Positions 1 through 10,708 of a stretch of DNA of 64,000 nt are shown piece by piece. Below the pieces are notes generated by a model, which was not told the DNA's origin, did no database searches, and saw nothing but the letters and a program-made list of their open reading frames with translations. A program made the translations under genes and the position numbers. Source of the stretch: Seison nebaliae (Eukaryota); contig JALJEE010001441.1 of the NCBI GenBank assembly GCA_023231475.1, forward strand, positions 1 through 64,000, given 5' to 3'. Within the stretch, counting starts at the first letter, position 1. Each line of letters begins with the position of its first letter.

Positions 1-664
1 ACTTGAAAACCTTATACTTAGAGTTCTGTCCGAGAATCAATCAGACATTAAATTTTCAAAAAAGCCGAAAAATTTTGGGTAAAATTCATCGTTGAGAAAA
101 GTTATTTTGTGAATTTTTTAGTTCATCTATTATCAATCAAACTGCATAAAAATCAAAGATTAGTAATATATAATAAGACCTAAAAGCCGATGTCCGAGAA
201 TCAATCGAACATACTGTAATCCTTAGACAATTTACTTCTTTCAATACCGTCATTTTCATTATCTTTCGGATTCAGGTTTTCTTTTATTTCATCATCGGAG
301 CAGCAAGAAACATCGTCGGAAATATCGTCGACTTCCTCCAATCCACTAAAAAATCGTGCAAAAAAATTAATCTGAAGGTAAGCTAAATTTTCAAATTGAA
401 AAAAAAGTGAAAAAAGTTTCTTTTGGTAAAAGTAACAATTCAGTCGTTTTATTAGGCTTAGACTGATTTAATTAAATTGGTCAGTTAATTTAGTGTTTAA
501 TATTACTTTTATTCAACGTCACGATGACTGTATGTGTTTCTATAGGTTTTACATACCAGTAACTTTACATTTGAATTTGTGTAGGGTAGGAAAATAATTG
601 GAAGAGAGTACTTGTCTGAATTTTTTTTTGAGTTAAATTTATTTTACTAAAATTCCCATATTAA

Positions 665-1480
665 TTATGCATGGAATATCCAAAAGAATGTTGAAAAAGT
701 TAAAATAATATTTATGATAATTGACGGTTTCATTGGAAGGGCTTTATCTGTGTTTTGTTCGACTAATTTAGGACATTTGCAAAGATCATCAACACATTTT
801 TTACATTCCTTCACACATGCAGTACAAGGTTCTCCTTCTTCATATGCTTTACCTTCCTCCAATTCTCTGCCACTTGTTGCGCAACACACTTTCCTACCTT
901 TAGTAGTATCCATTTGCGTCATACCACATCCGATGACACCTACTTTGTGTTGCATAATAAATAGATAACTTTGATGTGTATAATCTTTCCACTCAGCAGA
1001 ATTCTTTTTTGGTCTTTTCAATATTGCAACATTCTTAAAATATTTTTTGTCTTCTCTCGCCTTTTCTATATAAGCTTCACTCAACGTTTTTTTATCGGTT
1101 TCAAAACAATAAATATATTTCTTTGTTTCATCCATTTCAAATACTGCTGTTACTCCAATTTCCGAGTTTTCCCGCCAAGCAGCTCGTTGACCAATTGCCT
1201 CGAAGACTAAAGAATAAGTAACAGCATTCATATTCGACGAATTGACTGAACGTCGTAAATCGTTAACATAATCTCGAAATTCTTCTCGATCAGCGTTCTT
1301 CAATTTCACATGGTTCTTAAAATCTTTCGACGGTTCACCACAAACGGGAGAATCTTTTGGCGAATCTTCGTTGCAGAATTTAAATGATAAAGTCAATGGA
1401 CGTCCAGAGATCTTCGATTGAACTCCACTGAAAAAGTAGAGTTGATAGAGAACGATGGAACATATTAGCCAAATGTTCAT
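665..1480 (-). CDS. CAP/SCP (venom allergen-like) family protein, divergent, signal peptide + hydrophobic C-terminal tail (array copy 1, type A)
   Basis: Intronless 271 aa ORF. CAP-like segments REEFRDYVNDLRR..SSNM..Y, THQ...IGCG, VCC and the cysteine-rich hinge GKAYEEGEPCTAC..C..C..LC. Hydrophobic N- and C-termini. Confidence 0.75.
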   Translation of the reverse strand: MNIWLICSIVLYQLYFFSGVQSKISGRPLTLSFKFCNEDSPKDSPVCGEPSKDFKNHVKLKNADREEFRDYVNDLRRSVNSSNMNAVTYSLVFEAIGQRAAWRENSEIGVTAVFEMDETKKYIYCFETDKKTLSEAYIEKAREDKKYFKNVAILKRPKKNSAEWKDYTHQSYLFIMQHKVGVIGCGMTQMDTTKGRKVCCATSGRELEEGKAYEEGEPCTACVKECKKCVDDLCKCPKLVEQNTDKALPMKPSIIINIILTFSTFFWIFHA

Positions 1481-1513
1481 TCTCTTTTAGTTTAGCGCAC
1501 TAATATTTAATTT

Positions 1514-2308
1514 TTATTTGTTTGATAATCGATAAAATGAGAAGAAAGTTAATAAAATAAGAATTGATGGTCGATTTATATGACTTTTTGAAATATCGAT
1601 TGCTTGTCTAACTGGACATTTACATAAAACACCAGTACATTTACTACAAGTATTTGAACAATCATCACATGCTTCTCCTGTCTTGAACGTTTCATCTTTC
1701 TTGATATCCCCCAAATTGACACAACAGATTTTTCTTTCTTTCTTATGATCAGTAACGCCACAACCGATTGCTACCGATGATGCATGAACGAGAAACGAAT
1801 AACTTTGATGAGTATATCGTTTCCATTCTTTACTATCTTCCTCTGGTCGTTCCATTCTACCTTCGTTTTTAAAATATGATTTATCTTTTTTCGCTTCCTC
1901 TTTATAAGCTTCGAGTAACTTCTTTTTCTTTTCAGTCCCAAAACAATATCCGTTCGAGTCTAATCGATCGAAATCTAATTTATAATAAGTTATCAGATTT
2001 TCCGATTGATTACGCCAAGACATTCGTTGACCCATCGCCTCCAAATTGAAGGAGTAGTATAAATTGTTCATATTTGACGAATTAACAGAAGATCGTATTT
2101 CATTCACATAATCTACAAAAGCTGTTCTTTCTGCATCTGTTAATTTGACGTGTTTATCAAACGTCTTACTTGGAACTCCACAAATCGGATCATCATTCTG
2201 ATAATTTTTCTCGCACAATTTCAAACTTAATGTCAAAGGACGACCGATGATCTTTTTCGATTCAATTCCATCACCAAAACAGAAGAACGCTAATATAATA
2301 AAGATCAT
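1514..2308 (-). CDS. CAP/SCP-like protein (array copy 2, type B)
   Basis: 264 aa paralog with the same motifs (FVDYVNEIRS..NSSNM, THQSY, AIGCG, ICC, GEACDDC). Most similar to copy 4. Confidence 0.75.
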   Translation of the reverse strand: MIFIILAFFCFGDGIESKKIIGRPLTLSLKLCEKNYQNDDPICGVPSKTFDKHVKLTDAERTAFVDYVNEIRSSVNSSNMNNLYYSFNLEAMGQRMSWRNQSENLITYYKLDFDRLDSNGYCFGTEKKKKLLEAYKEEAKKDKSYFKNEGRMERPEEDSKEWKRYTHQSYSFLVHASSVAIGCGVTDHKKERKICCVNLGDIKKDETFKTGEACDDCSNTCSKCTGVLCKCPVRQAIDISKSHINRPSILILLTFFSFYRLSNK

Positions 2309-2421
2309 TAATAATAAATTTGAATTCGTTTAAAATGGACAATAGTTTTTCCTTTTTATATTTCATCTTGGAGCGCAAAAATGAATTTGAAAATTTTAAT
2401 CTTTTAAATTTAATTTTTAAA

Positions 2422-3231
2422 TCAGTTCATATAATTCATTAGTAGAACGAATGAAATAATAATTAAGTTTTTCGAATTAATCAATTCATTACCGTTGGAA
2501 GACGAATCAAGTATGTCATAGTCTTTACACTTACATAGACCATCGGAACATGTTTTACATCCTTTCGGACAATCGCTACATTCTTCTCCCTCGCTATAAG
2601 CTTTCCCTTCTACGAATTCTTCATTTCCAATTGAACAACACACTTTAACTCCTTTACCCACTTTAATTTCGGTCATACCACATCCGATGAGTTTGGTAGA
2701 AAAATGAAGAATAAAGAGATAACTTTGATGTATATAATCCTTCCATTCAGCTGAATCATTTTTGGGTTTAACTAAAATTGCCTTATTTTTAAAATACTTC
2801 TTATCCGTTGCCGCATTCGCAGTATATGCGTCTGTCAACGTCTTCTTACTCGTTTCAAAACAATAAACATAATTCTGAGAATCGTCCATGTTGAATTCAT
2901 CGGTAACTCCATAGTGTGATCTTTCACGCCAAGCTGCTCGTTGACTCAACGCCTCTAATAACATCGAATATTCAACTTTTATCATATTTGTGGCATTCAC
3001 TCCACGTCGTATTCCATTAACATAATCCAGGAATTTCTGTCGTTCTTTATCCGAAAGTTCTATATGTTTATCAAAATTCTTATTCGGTTTACCGCAAATT
3101 GGAGAAGTTTCAGGCGAATCCTCATTACACAATTTATTTGATAATGTCAGAGCTTTCCCATATATTTTGGATTGGGCACCCTTCAGAAAAAACAGAAGAA
3201 ACGTTAGTAAAATTGACGAAAAAAATTTCAT
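2422..3231 (-). CDS. CAP/SCP-like protein (array copy 3, type A)
   Basis: 269 aa. Shares CNEDSP..SPICG, QRAAWRE, YCFET.KKTL and DSAEWKDY with copy 1. Confidence 0.75.
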   Translation of the reverse strand: MKFFSSILLTFLLFFLKGAQSKIYGKALTLSNKLCNEDSPETSPICGKPNKNFDKHIELSDKERQKFLDYVNGIRRGVNATNMIKVEYSMLLEALSQRAAWRERSHYGVTDEFNMDDSQNYVYCFETSKKTLTDAYTANAATDKKYFKNKAILVKPKNDSAEWKDYIHQSYLFILHFSTKLIGCGMTEIKVGKGVKVCCSIGNEEFVEGKAYSEGEECSDCPKGCKTCSDGLCKCKDYDILDSSSNGNELINSKNLIIISFVLLMNYMN

Positions 3232-3303
3232 TTTATTATTTGCGCCAACAATAAACTGAACAATAAATTCTCAATAATTTCTTTCTGCACAAAAGAAGTT
3301 TAT

Positions 3304-4101
3304 TTAGAAATATGAGAAGCATAATAAGAAATTAATGAAGAGAAGAGGAGTGGAATATCGAATGAGAGAAGTTTTATCTAAGAAAATCGTATCACTTACC
3401 GGACATTTACATAAAGATTCGATGCATCTCGGACATTGATTCGAACAATCGCTACATTTGTTACCGACTTTAAATGTTTTTCCATTTTCCATATCTCCCA
3501 TTGTTACGCAACAAATTCTCCTGTATTCTTTATGTTCCGTTACTCCACAGCCGATTCCCATCAATTTTGCGTATAAAACAAACGAATAACTTTGATGAAT
3601 ATAATTCTTCCATTGGGACGTGTGTTTACCCGGTTTCCTTAATCTTCCCGTGTTCTTAAAATAAGGTTTATCTTCTTTCACTTTTATTTCATAAGCGGTA
3701 TGTAATTTGTCTTCGTCAGTATTACGGAAACAATAAGCATTCCCATTTTTGTTTATTAGTCCCCAATTCTGGTGATGATACGTCACAAAATCTTCAGATT
3801 GATTACGCCAAGAAATGCGTTGAGCTATTGCCTCCAAATTCATTTGGTAAACTAATTCTTGGATGTTCGATGAATTAACAGTCGACCGTAATAGATTCAC
3901 ATAATCCACAAGTTCATTCCTTTCTTTATCCTTCAATTTAATATGTTTCTTGAATGTAGAACTTGGACCACCACACATTGGATCATCTTCATTCAAACGT
4001 TTCGGACAAAGTTTTAAGCTTAACATAAACGGCCGTCCAACTACCCTAGATCGAACTACTGATAATACACCAAGATGTATAACTGCAAATAATACAAACA
4101 T
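3304..4101 (-). CDS. CAP/SCP-like protein (array copy 4, type B)
   Basis: 265 aa. Shares SWRNQSE, GCGVT.HK and CSN.C..C...LCKCPV with copy 2. Confidence 0.75.
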   Translation of the reverse strand: MFVLFAVIHLGVLSVVRSRVVGRPFMLSLKLCPKRLNEDDPMCGGPSSTFKKHIKLKDKERNELVDYVNLLRSTVNSSNIQELVYQMNLEAIAQRISWRNQSEDFVTYHHQNWGLINKNGNAYCFRNTDEDKLHTAYEIKVKEDKPYFKNTGRLRKPGKHTSQWKNYIHQSYSFVLYAKLMGIGCGVTEHKEYRRICCVTMGDMENGKTFKVGNKCSDCSNQCPRCIESLCKCPVSDTIFLDKTSLIRYSTPLLFINFLLCFSYF

Positions 4102-4370
4102 TTTTTTAATAAACTTTATTTGTTTTAAATTTTAATATTAAATTTCTCGAATTACCTCTAATTAAACTTTGGACAAAAGCGCAAAAATAAGTCCGCTTGA
4201 AATCGATGATGATTTGTGTTTTGATAAAATTCTTCTATTCTTATCTGACTAATATTCTAATCAGAAATTTTCACAATAAAGAAAAATAAATCTTTTTCAG
4301 TAATTAAATTAATGTATTAATAATATTAAGAATTTATTCATAATGATAATTTTTGATATTTTAAGTTCGA

Positions 4371-5186
4371 TTAGTTTTGAAGAAAAACTATTAGATTGAG
4401 AACAAAGAGAATTGGGTAGACTGAACCATAAAATTTCGATGCAGTTCCAGTTATATATGAACTGTCGATGTTACATCTACACAACTTCTTCTTACAAGGA
4501 CACTCTCCTGGGCATTTGGCACAACTTTTACCTTTCTTGTATTCCTTTGTTGAAGTTGTACGATGATAAATAACACAGCATATTTTCTGACCAATCGTAC
4601 CGCCGTGTTCCGTTATGCCACAACCAATTTGGTACGACTTAGCATAGACGATGAAACGATAAGCTTCGTGTGTATATTTCTCCCACTCTGATCCAGTTTC
4701 CTTACTTGGTTTCTCTACTGGTTTTCCATATTCAAAATTATCCTTGTCGTCTTCCACTCTTTTCTTAAATATTTTCGTGAGTGTATTATTTTTCGGATCC
4801 TCCTCTGAAATGCACATCGCTTTATATTGGCTGCTATATTTAGATTTGAAATCATAAATCATTCCTATTTCTGACTTATTTCTCCACGACATACGTATTG
4901 CCAACGATTCGAGACTCAAATTATATTCCAGTTCACTCATGTCCGAAGCTTCTGCATCTCTTCGTTTTTCATTAACCATTGCCAAAAAGTCTTCCCGACT
5001 ACTTTTAGTCAATTTCACATGTTTATTAAAAGTAGCAGCAATATCTCCACAAAAGATATCATCCTCTTCCTTTTTAGAAAACGGACAATATTTCTTCTTC
5101 AAACTCTCTTCACTGCCAACTATTTTCGAATGGACAAATTGATGGAGAAAACAACTGAAAAGGAGAAGTTTCAAGTAAGAAATCAT
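4371..5186 (-). CDS. CAP/SCP-like protein (array copy 5, type C)
   Basis: The ORF-track start at 5213 is TTG. The first ATG (MISYLKLL) at 5186 matches the copy 6 start (MISFLQLL). Same CAP-like motifs. Confidence 0.75.
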   Translation of the reverse strand: MISYLKLLLFSCFLHQFVHSKIVGSEESLKKKYCPFSKKEEDDIFCGDIAATFNKHVKLTKSSREDFLAMVNEKRRDAEASDMSELEYNLSLESLAIRMSWRNKSEIGMIYDFKSKYSSQYKAMCISEEDPKNNTLTKIFKKRVEDDKDNFEYGKPVEKPSKETGSEWEKYTHEAYRFIVYAKSYQIGCGITEHGGTIGQKICCVIYHRTTSTKEYKKGKSCAKCPGECPCKKKLCRCNIDSSYITGTASKFYGSVYPILFVLNLIVFLQN

Positions 5187-5595
5187 TCCAATTTTTTTAA
5201 ATATTTTTTCCAATTATTACAATGGAGTCGATTGTTTCATTATTGATTTCGTTAAATAACAAATATTAATAACACTAAATAATTCTTTTATTATTAATTT
5301 AAGCAAGAAATTTGACTTAATCAAGAGATTTGACTCAATCTTTTCTTTTAGAATGTTCTCATTTTGCTCAAGATAAAGAATCCTAATTTCCAATGTGCCT
5401 AAATGGTGCTTCTCATTGTTGTTCTTTAGGATGATGATACATTCAATTATTCTAACAGTTTTTGCAGTGTATTATTCGGAATCAGATTTTTAAAGAAACA
5501 TAGATTGCAAAAGAAATTGTCCAATCATCAAAAAGTATGAAATTAAAGGAAACTTAAAAAAATGTAAGAAAAATTTTAAAAATTTATTAATTGTG

Positions 5596-6414
5596 CTAGT
5601 ACAATTTCTTGTGCAATATCAATAAATTGGTAGAGAAGATAATTAATGAGATTATTCCATAAAATTTTACAGAAGCTCCATTCGTATAAAAATCAGCGGC
5701 ACAATTACATAATTTCTCTCGACAAGGACAAGAACTGGGACATTTGGAACAACTTTTTCCTTTCGTAAATTGTTTCTTCGTCAGTCCACGATGGAAGACT
5801 ACACAACAAACCTTCTTTCCAACCGAACTATCATGTTCGGTGATACCACAACCCATTTGGAATATTTCCGAATAAATGAAAAACCAATATGATTGATGTG
5901 TATATTTCTCCCAAGCATCACCACTTTCTTTTTTTGGCTTTTCTAATAATTTTCCATATTCAAAATTATCTTTATCTTTATCCGCATGTTTCTTCAAAAT
6001 TTGTCCTATCGTCATATTTCCATAATCAGTTTCAGCTATACACAATCCTCGATATTCTATATTATGTTTCGAGTTTATATCATAAGTGACTCCCGTTTTC
6101 GATGTACCTCTCCATGACATTCGAACGCCAATCGATTCCAAACTTAAGTTATAGTCGACTTCTGTCATATCTGCTCCTCCTGCATTCCTTCGTACTTCGT
6201 TTATGATGTCTAACAATTCTTGACGTTCCTTCGATTTTAATTTAATATGTTTCTTGAAACTAGAAGCTGGATCTCCACACATCACATCATTCTCCTTCTT
6301 CTCAGCAAACGGACAGTATTTCTTATCTAGCGGTTCCTCATCACCAAGAATTTGCGCCATTTCATGTTCAAACACCAAGCAGTAAACGAGTAAAAGTTGT
6401 AAAAAAGAAATCAT
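5596..6414 (-). CDS. CAP/SCP-like protein (array copy 6, type C)
   Basis: 272 aa. Shares KKYCPF, YNLSLES, DKDNFEYGK, WEKYTH and KGKSC.KCP with copy 5. Confidence 0.75.
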   Translation of the reverse strand: MISFLQLLLVYCLVFEHEMAQILGDEEPLDKKYCPFAEKKENDVMCGDPASSFKKHIKLKSKERQELLDIINEVRRNAGGADMTEVDYNLSLESIGVRMSWRGTSKTGVTYDINSKHNIEYRGLCIAETDYGNMTIGQILKKHADKDKDNFEYGKLLEKPKKESGDAWEKYTHQSYWFFIYSEIFQMGCGITEHDSSVGKKVCCVVFHRGLTKKQFTKGKSCSKCPSSCPCREKLCNCAADFYTNGASVKFYGIISLIIFSTNLLILHKKLY

Positions 6415-7087
6415 TTACTATATTTTTTTTCTTATTTTCCCTTAATCAAAATACAATTTTGAATTGTTCAACATTAAAAAGAAATTTTAGAGATTATTAT
6501 AAAAAAACTTCCAATTTATCTAACACTCTCAATTTTCTTCTCAAATCCAACAATAGTATGAAACATATTGTTGAATTTACAATCTCCATTAATTGTTAAA
6601 TGATAAGAATAAAAATTATACGGAAATTATACATACGGAAATTCTAAATATCTGATAATTCGTCTATTGACAACACCATGAGGAAATCGAATGAACTTGA
6701 CATTTGTTGTGTAAGTTTAATGAAGAAATAATCTACAAAATGTTTTATCTCAAAATAATCAGAAAGTTGAACAGTTTTCTTTTAATGAATTATATGAAAA
6801 TAAGAGAAAGAATGAAAAATTTTTGTTTTATTGAAAAAACTAAATATTTGAACACGAAATTAAAGGAAACTAATATTTTGAACGAGTGAAGAGAATGTTG
6901 AGATTCGAAATAATTTGTAATCGAATAATAAGACGAATTCTATTAATTTGTTATCTTCTATATACAAATGGTGACTAGAAATGTATTTATATTGTGAAGT
7001 TCTCAATATGATACTGAATAGAAAAAGTGAATTGTGTTGTTGAAAATAAATAATTTTTTTTCAAAATAGAAGTGAATGTGAAGGTGA

Positions 7088-9118
7088 ATGTCCGATTCGG
7101 AGGCTGTCAACTTGAGAGATGAAGAAGAGAAAGTGGAAAAGAAGAAAAATGATTTAAACTGTACTTCAGGATTAGGGAAAAGATTTGTTGATTTAGTTAA
7201 ATCGAGCCGAATTCGAATTTATTCCGCCCATGCACTCTCTTCATGGGGCGATCGATTATGGCAATTTGCTGCTGGTCTATTCCTTTACGATATGGATCGC
7301 AGTTCTTTTCTACTCACTGCACTCGGATCATTATTAGCCGAATTGAGCGTACTCTTATTCGGATCGTTAGTTGGTCGAGCGATTGATAATACGAATCGAT
7401 TAAAATCAATAAAATGTGCACTTTTCGTGCAGAATTTTTCTGTAGCAATTTGTGGTATTTGCGTTGCTACTTTATTGGGTCACGTCAATTCCGATGAAAG
7501 TATTTTAGAAAATGGAAATCTCACTATGTCAACAACAACAACAGGAGAGACAGAAGTGAAAAGTATTTTTCAACTCTCCAAATTTTCGAGAGGTGTCGTC
7601 GGATTATTTCTGTTCTTCCTAATCGTTTTCAATTGTATCGCTCGATTGGCGAGTGTTGGTCAGAAAATTATCGTTAATCAAGATTGGTTGGTTGTTATTT
7701 CAAATGGTGATGAAAGTTTATTGACGCGAATGAACGCAGTTATGAGACGGATCGATTTATCTATGAATATTTTAGCACCGATATTATTCGGAACGATATT
7801 AACTTTTCGTTCTCATCCAATTATCTCACCGTTATTTGTTGTTGCTTGGAATTTATTGAGTGTTGGAATTGAATATCTTTTATTGAAACAATTATATAAT
7901 CGAATACCAGCTCTCAGAAATAAATTAGATGATAATGCAAATGAATTGGGAGTGATTGAAAAACCTCCATCAGAACCGCCGAAACCTGACGAAGAAGAAG
8001 ATAATTTAATCATTTCGAAACATTCATCAATGAAAGAAACAATTCTAATTCCTTCAGATTCATTACAACCATACGATATTCCTCCGCCCATTTATCCGAG
8101 AAAGAAAACAGTATTAAAACGAATTAGAACTGAATCCAAAGAAGATGTTATCGAACCGATGTTAGATGGTGTAAAAGAAGAAGATGAAGGGAATTGTTGT
8201 ACAAAATTCTTTAAAGACGTTTTCAATAATTGGTTAGATGGATGGAAATGTTATTTTACTTCGGAAGTTGTTTTTGCTGGAATTTCTCTTTCTGTCATGT
8301 ATCTGACAGTTCTCGGTTTCGATTCAATGACAGTAGTTTATGCGAGATCATGTGGATTCTCTGAATTCATCATTTCAATGTTTATGGCTGTATCAGCATT
8401 GTTTGGTGTGATGGGAACAATTGCATATCCAAGATTTGTCAAATGTATCGGAGTGAATTTTTCAGGATTAATCGGCTCAACTTTTCAAATGATTATTCTC
8501 GGCACATTTTGTATTACCTCTTTATTTCTACCTGATTCACCTTACATCCTATACAAACATCGAAAGGAGAGTGTAGTAGAGAATTGGGACAAATCATCTC
8601 TTTTAAAAGACCGGTGGGTACATCCTCATCTCAATATCATATCTGTTACACTTTTCTGTTCGGGTGTGGCTATTTCTCGATTTGGCTTGTGGACGATCGA
8701 TTTGGCAATTAATCAATTACTTCAAATAAGAATTCTCCCTGAAATAAGAGGAACTGTTAACGGTGTACAACATTCACTTAATACGGCCTTTAATCTAATT
8801 CGTTTCATTCTCGTTCTCATTCTTCCCAAACCGAAATCTTTCGGTCATTTAGTCATCATCTCAGTTTTGTGTTTGGGAATCGCTTATATTTTCTATCTCA
8901 TTCAACTGGTGAAAGATGTAGTTCTCGAAAAGAAGAACGCGCAATTGTCAAAAGATATCGAAGCAGAAAAAGAACGAGAAAGAAATTTATCAGAAAAAGA
9001 ACCAGAAACAAATTTATCAGAGAAAGAACCAGAAAAGAAATTGTGGGAGAGAGAAGGAGAAGCAGATTTATTGCAGAAAGAATTAGAGGAGCGATTAGCG
9101 ATAATTGATAAGAAGTAG
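7088..9118 (+). CDS. SLC40A1: Ferroportin (SLC40A1) iron exporter
   Basis: Intronless 676 aa. Motifs YSAHALSSWGDRLWQFA, NQDWLVVI, MNAVMRRIDL, YLTVLGFD, SRFGLWTIDL, RGTVNGVQHSLN. Confidence 0.95.
   Translation: MSDSEAVNLRDEEEKVEKKKNDLNCTSGLGKRFVDLVKSSRIRIYSAHALSSWGDRLWQFAAGLFLYDMDRSSFLLTALGSLLAELSVLLFGSLVGRAIDNTNRLKSIKCALFVQNFSVAICGICVATLLGHVNSDESILENGNLTMSTTTTGETEVKSIFQLSKFSRGVVGLFLFFLIVFNCIARLASVGQKIIVNQDWLVVISNGDESLLTRMNAVMRRIDLSMNILAPILFGTILTFRSHPIISPLFVVAWNLLSVGIEYLLLKQLYNRIPALRNKLDDNANELGVIEKPPSEPPKPDEEEDNLIISKHSSMKETILIPSDSLQPYDIPPPIYPRKKTVLKRIRTESKEDVIEPMLDGVKEEDEGNCCTKFFKDVFNNWLDGWKCYFTSEVVFAGISLSVMYLTVLGFDSMTVVYARSCGFSEFIISMFMAVSALFGVMGTIAYPRFVKCIGVNFSGLIGSTFQMIILGTFCITSLFLPDSPYILYKHRKESVVENWDKSSLLKDRWVHPHLNIISVTLFCSGVAISRFGLWTIDLAINQLLQIRILPEIRGTVNGVQHSLNTAFNLIRFILVLILPKPKSFGHLVIISVLCLGIAYIFYLIQLVKDVVLEKKNAQLSKDIEAEKERERNLSEKEPETNLSEKEPEKKLWEREGEADLLQKELEERLAIIDKK
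8983..9090 (+). repeat. 27-nt (9 aa) degenerate tandem repeat x~4 in the ferroportin C-terminal tail
   Basis: aaatttatcagaaaaagaaccagaaac / aaatttatcagagaaagaaccagaaaa and two decayed copies, encoding NLSEKEPET NLSEKEPEK KLWEREGEA DLLQKELEE. Confidence 0.8.
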
Positions 9119-9525
9119 TATAAATGTTGTACAGATTTAATTTTTTAGTACTGAAAAATATTTTACTTTGTTTCCCACCCTCAATTTTATTTATGCCTAT
9201 TTTCTTCTAAAAAAATTTATCTCGAACTTTTAACTAATATTACTCGTCTTTATTTCTTTTCTGATAGCTATTCATCTCCATTTTTTCCCGATAAATACTC
9301 TCCAATTTTTGAAAATTTTTTTTTTAAAATTAATTTAATAAATTTTATTGTTAAATTAGAAATGTTACGAAATTTTCGTTACACAACAAATGTTTCGAAA
9401 CTTTAAAATGTTTACTATAAAATTGAACTTGTTTTTATATTTCTTGGAAGTTTCTATTGTTATCATAAGAGAGAAAGAATCGAAACGGATCAGAAAATGA
9501 TTATCATTATATAAATCTGTGGAAG

Positions 9526-10032
9526 ATGAAAGGAAAGAATTTTTATCGGAGAAAAGATTCGGTTAATGTAGAAGAAATCAAATCGAAAGATGTGGATGAA
9601 GTTGATGTTGAGAAAGTGATTCGAACTAAAATAGAAATCGATCAATCATTAATCGATGAAGTTAGTGGAGACTCATTATCAGATGCCAGAAAGAAGTTGT
9701 TGGATACTACGAGTATTTATGAAGTAATCGCCTATTCTCATCATCCTTCAGCCAAAGTGAGAAAATTGGCTTTGGTTCAAATGTGTCCGTGTCGAGTTCA
9801 CGACAAAATCGAGCTATTCTGGGAAAGAGTAATCGAAATGGTTGACGATGGAAGTCCGATGGTACGTGATCAGGTTCTACACACTCTCTGTGACGGGTCG
9901 CCCAAATCGATGGATATAATCATCGGGGAATGTTTAGAGAAGTTCAATCGAGATGATGATCCGTCAATTCGAAGGAAATCTCATAAGGCCTTCGTTGCTT
10001 GGCAACGTTATGGTAAATGGAATATCATGTAG
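9526..10032 (+). CDS. Small HEAT-repeat-like protein with CPCR motif
   Basis: 168 aa intronless ORF. HEAT-like ends (HPSAKVRKLAL, DDGSPMVRDQVL, RDDDPSIRRK) and motifs MCPCRV and LHTLCDGSP. Confidence 0.7.
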   Translation: MKGKNFYRRKDSVNVEEIKSKDVDEVDVEKVIRTKIEIDQSLIDEVSGDSLSDARKKLLDTTSIYEVIAYSHHPSAKVRKLALVQMCPCRVHDKIELFWERVIEMVDDGSPMVRDQVLHTLCDGSPKSMDIIIGECLEKFNRDDDPSIRRKSHKAFVAWQRYGKWNIM

Positions 10033-10708
10033 CAATTTGAGATAATCTAATTCATTTCAAACATAATTGTTCAACGTAATAAATTTTAATTAAATATAAA
10101 TCAGTCAGAATTATTATGTAACATGTTCTTGTTTTTGTTACATACCTTATTGTTGTGGAGTTGAAACAAAAAAGAAATCAGGGAACATGATTCGACAACT
10201 GTTCAGTGTTTTGTTTTTTAGGAAGAAAGAATGAGAATGAAGATGAAATAATTTAATAATGTGTCGAATGATGTTCGGAATGAAATTATTATTAAAGAAA
10301 ATGAACGAAATGTTTCTTTGTTTTTGGAGAAGGAATTAGAAATAATGATGGGAACTAACATAAATAAAAATGGATTGATGAATGAGAGGACAATTAAGGA
10401 ATGATATTAGTGGAATCATTTGAAATTTGATGCTTATCTGAAGAATATAGTTTTGAATATGATAACGACTTGCTGACAAGTTTATCATGTCCCAATTCTT
10501 TTAACGTACTAATGATGGTCTTGATGATGATGATGATGATGGGGACGAATTAGGATTTTTTTATGGAATCCATAATAATCACACTAACAGTAGACTGATC
10601 TTTTCTTCTGTCTGTTTTAAATCATTTATTAATCTCTTCTAAATTGGTCAGATTTATCTTCTCTCACTATCATATTATTCTGATAATCTTTTTTAACATT
10701 TATCAATC

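Noticed and set aside
6415..7087. Iron-responsive element upstream of ferroportin
   Set aside because: No CAGTG-loop hairpin was found in the upstream region.
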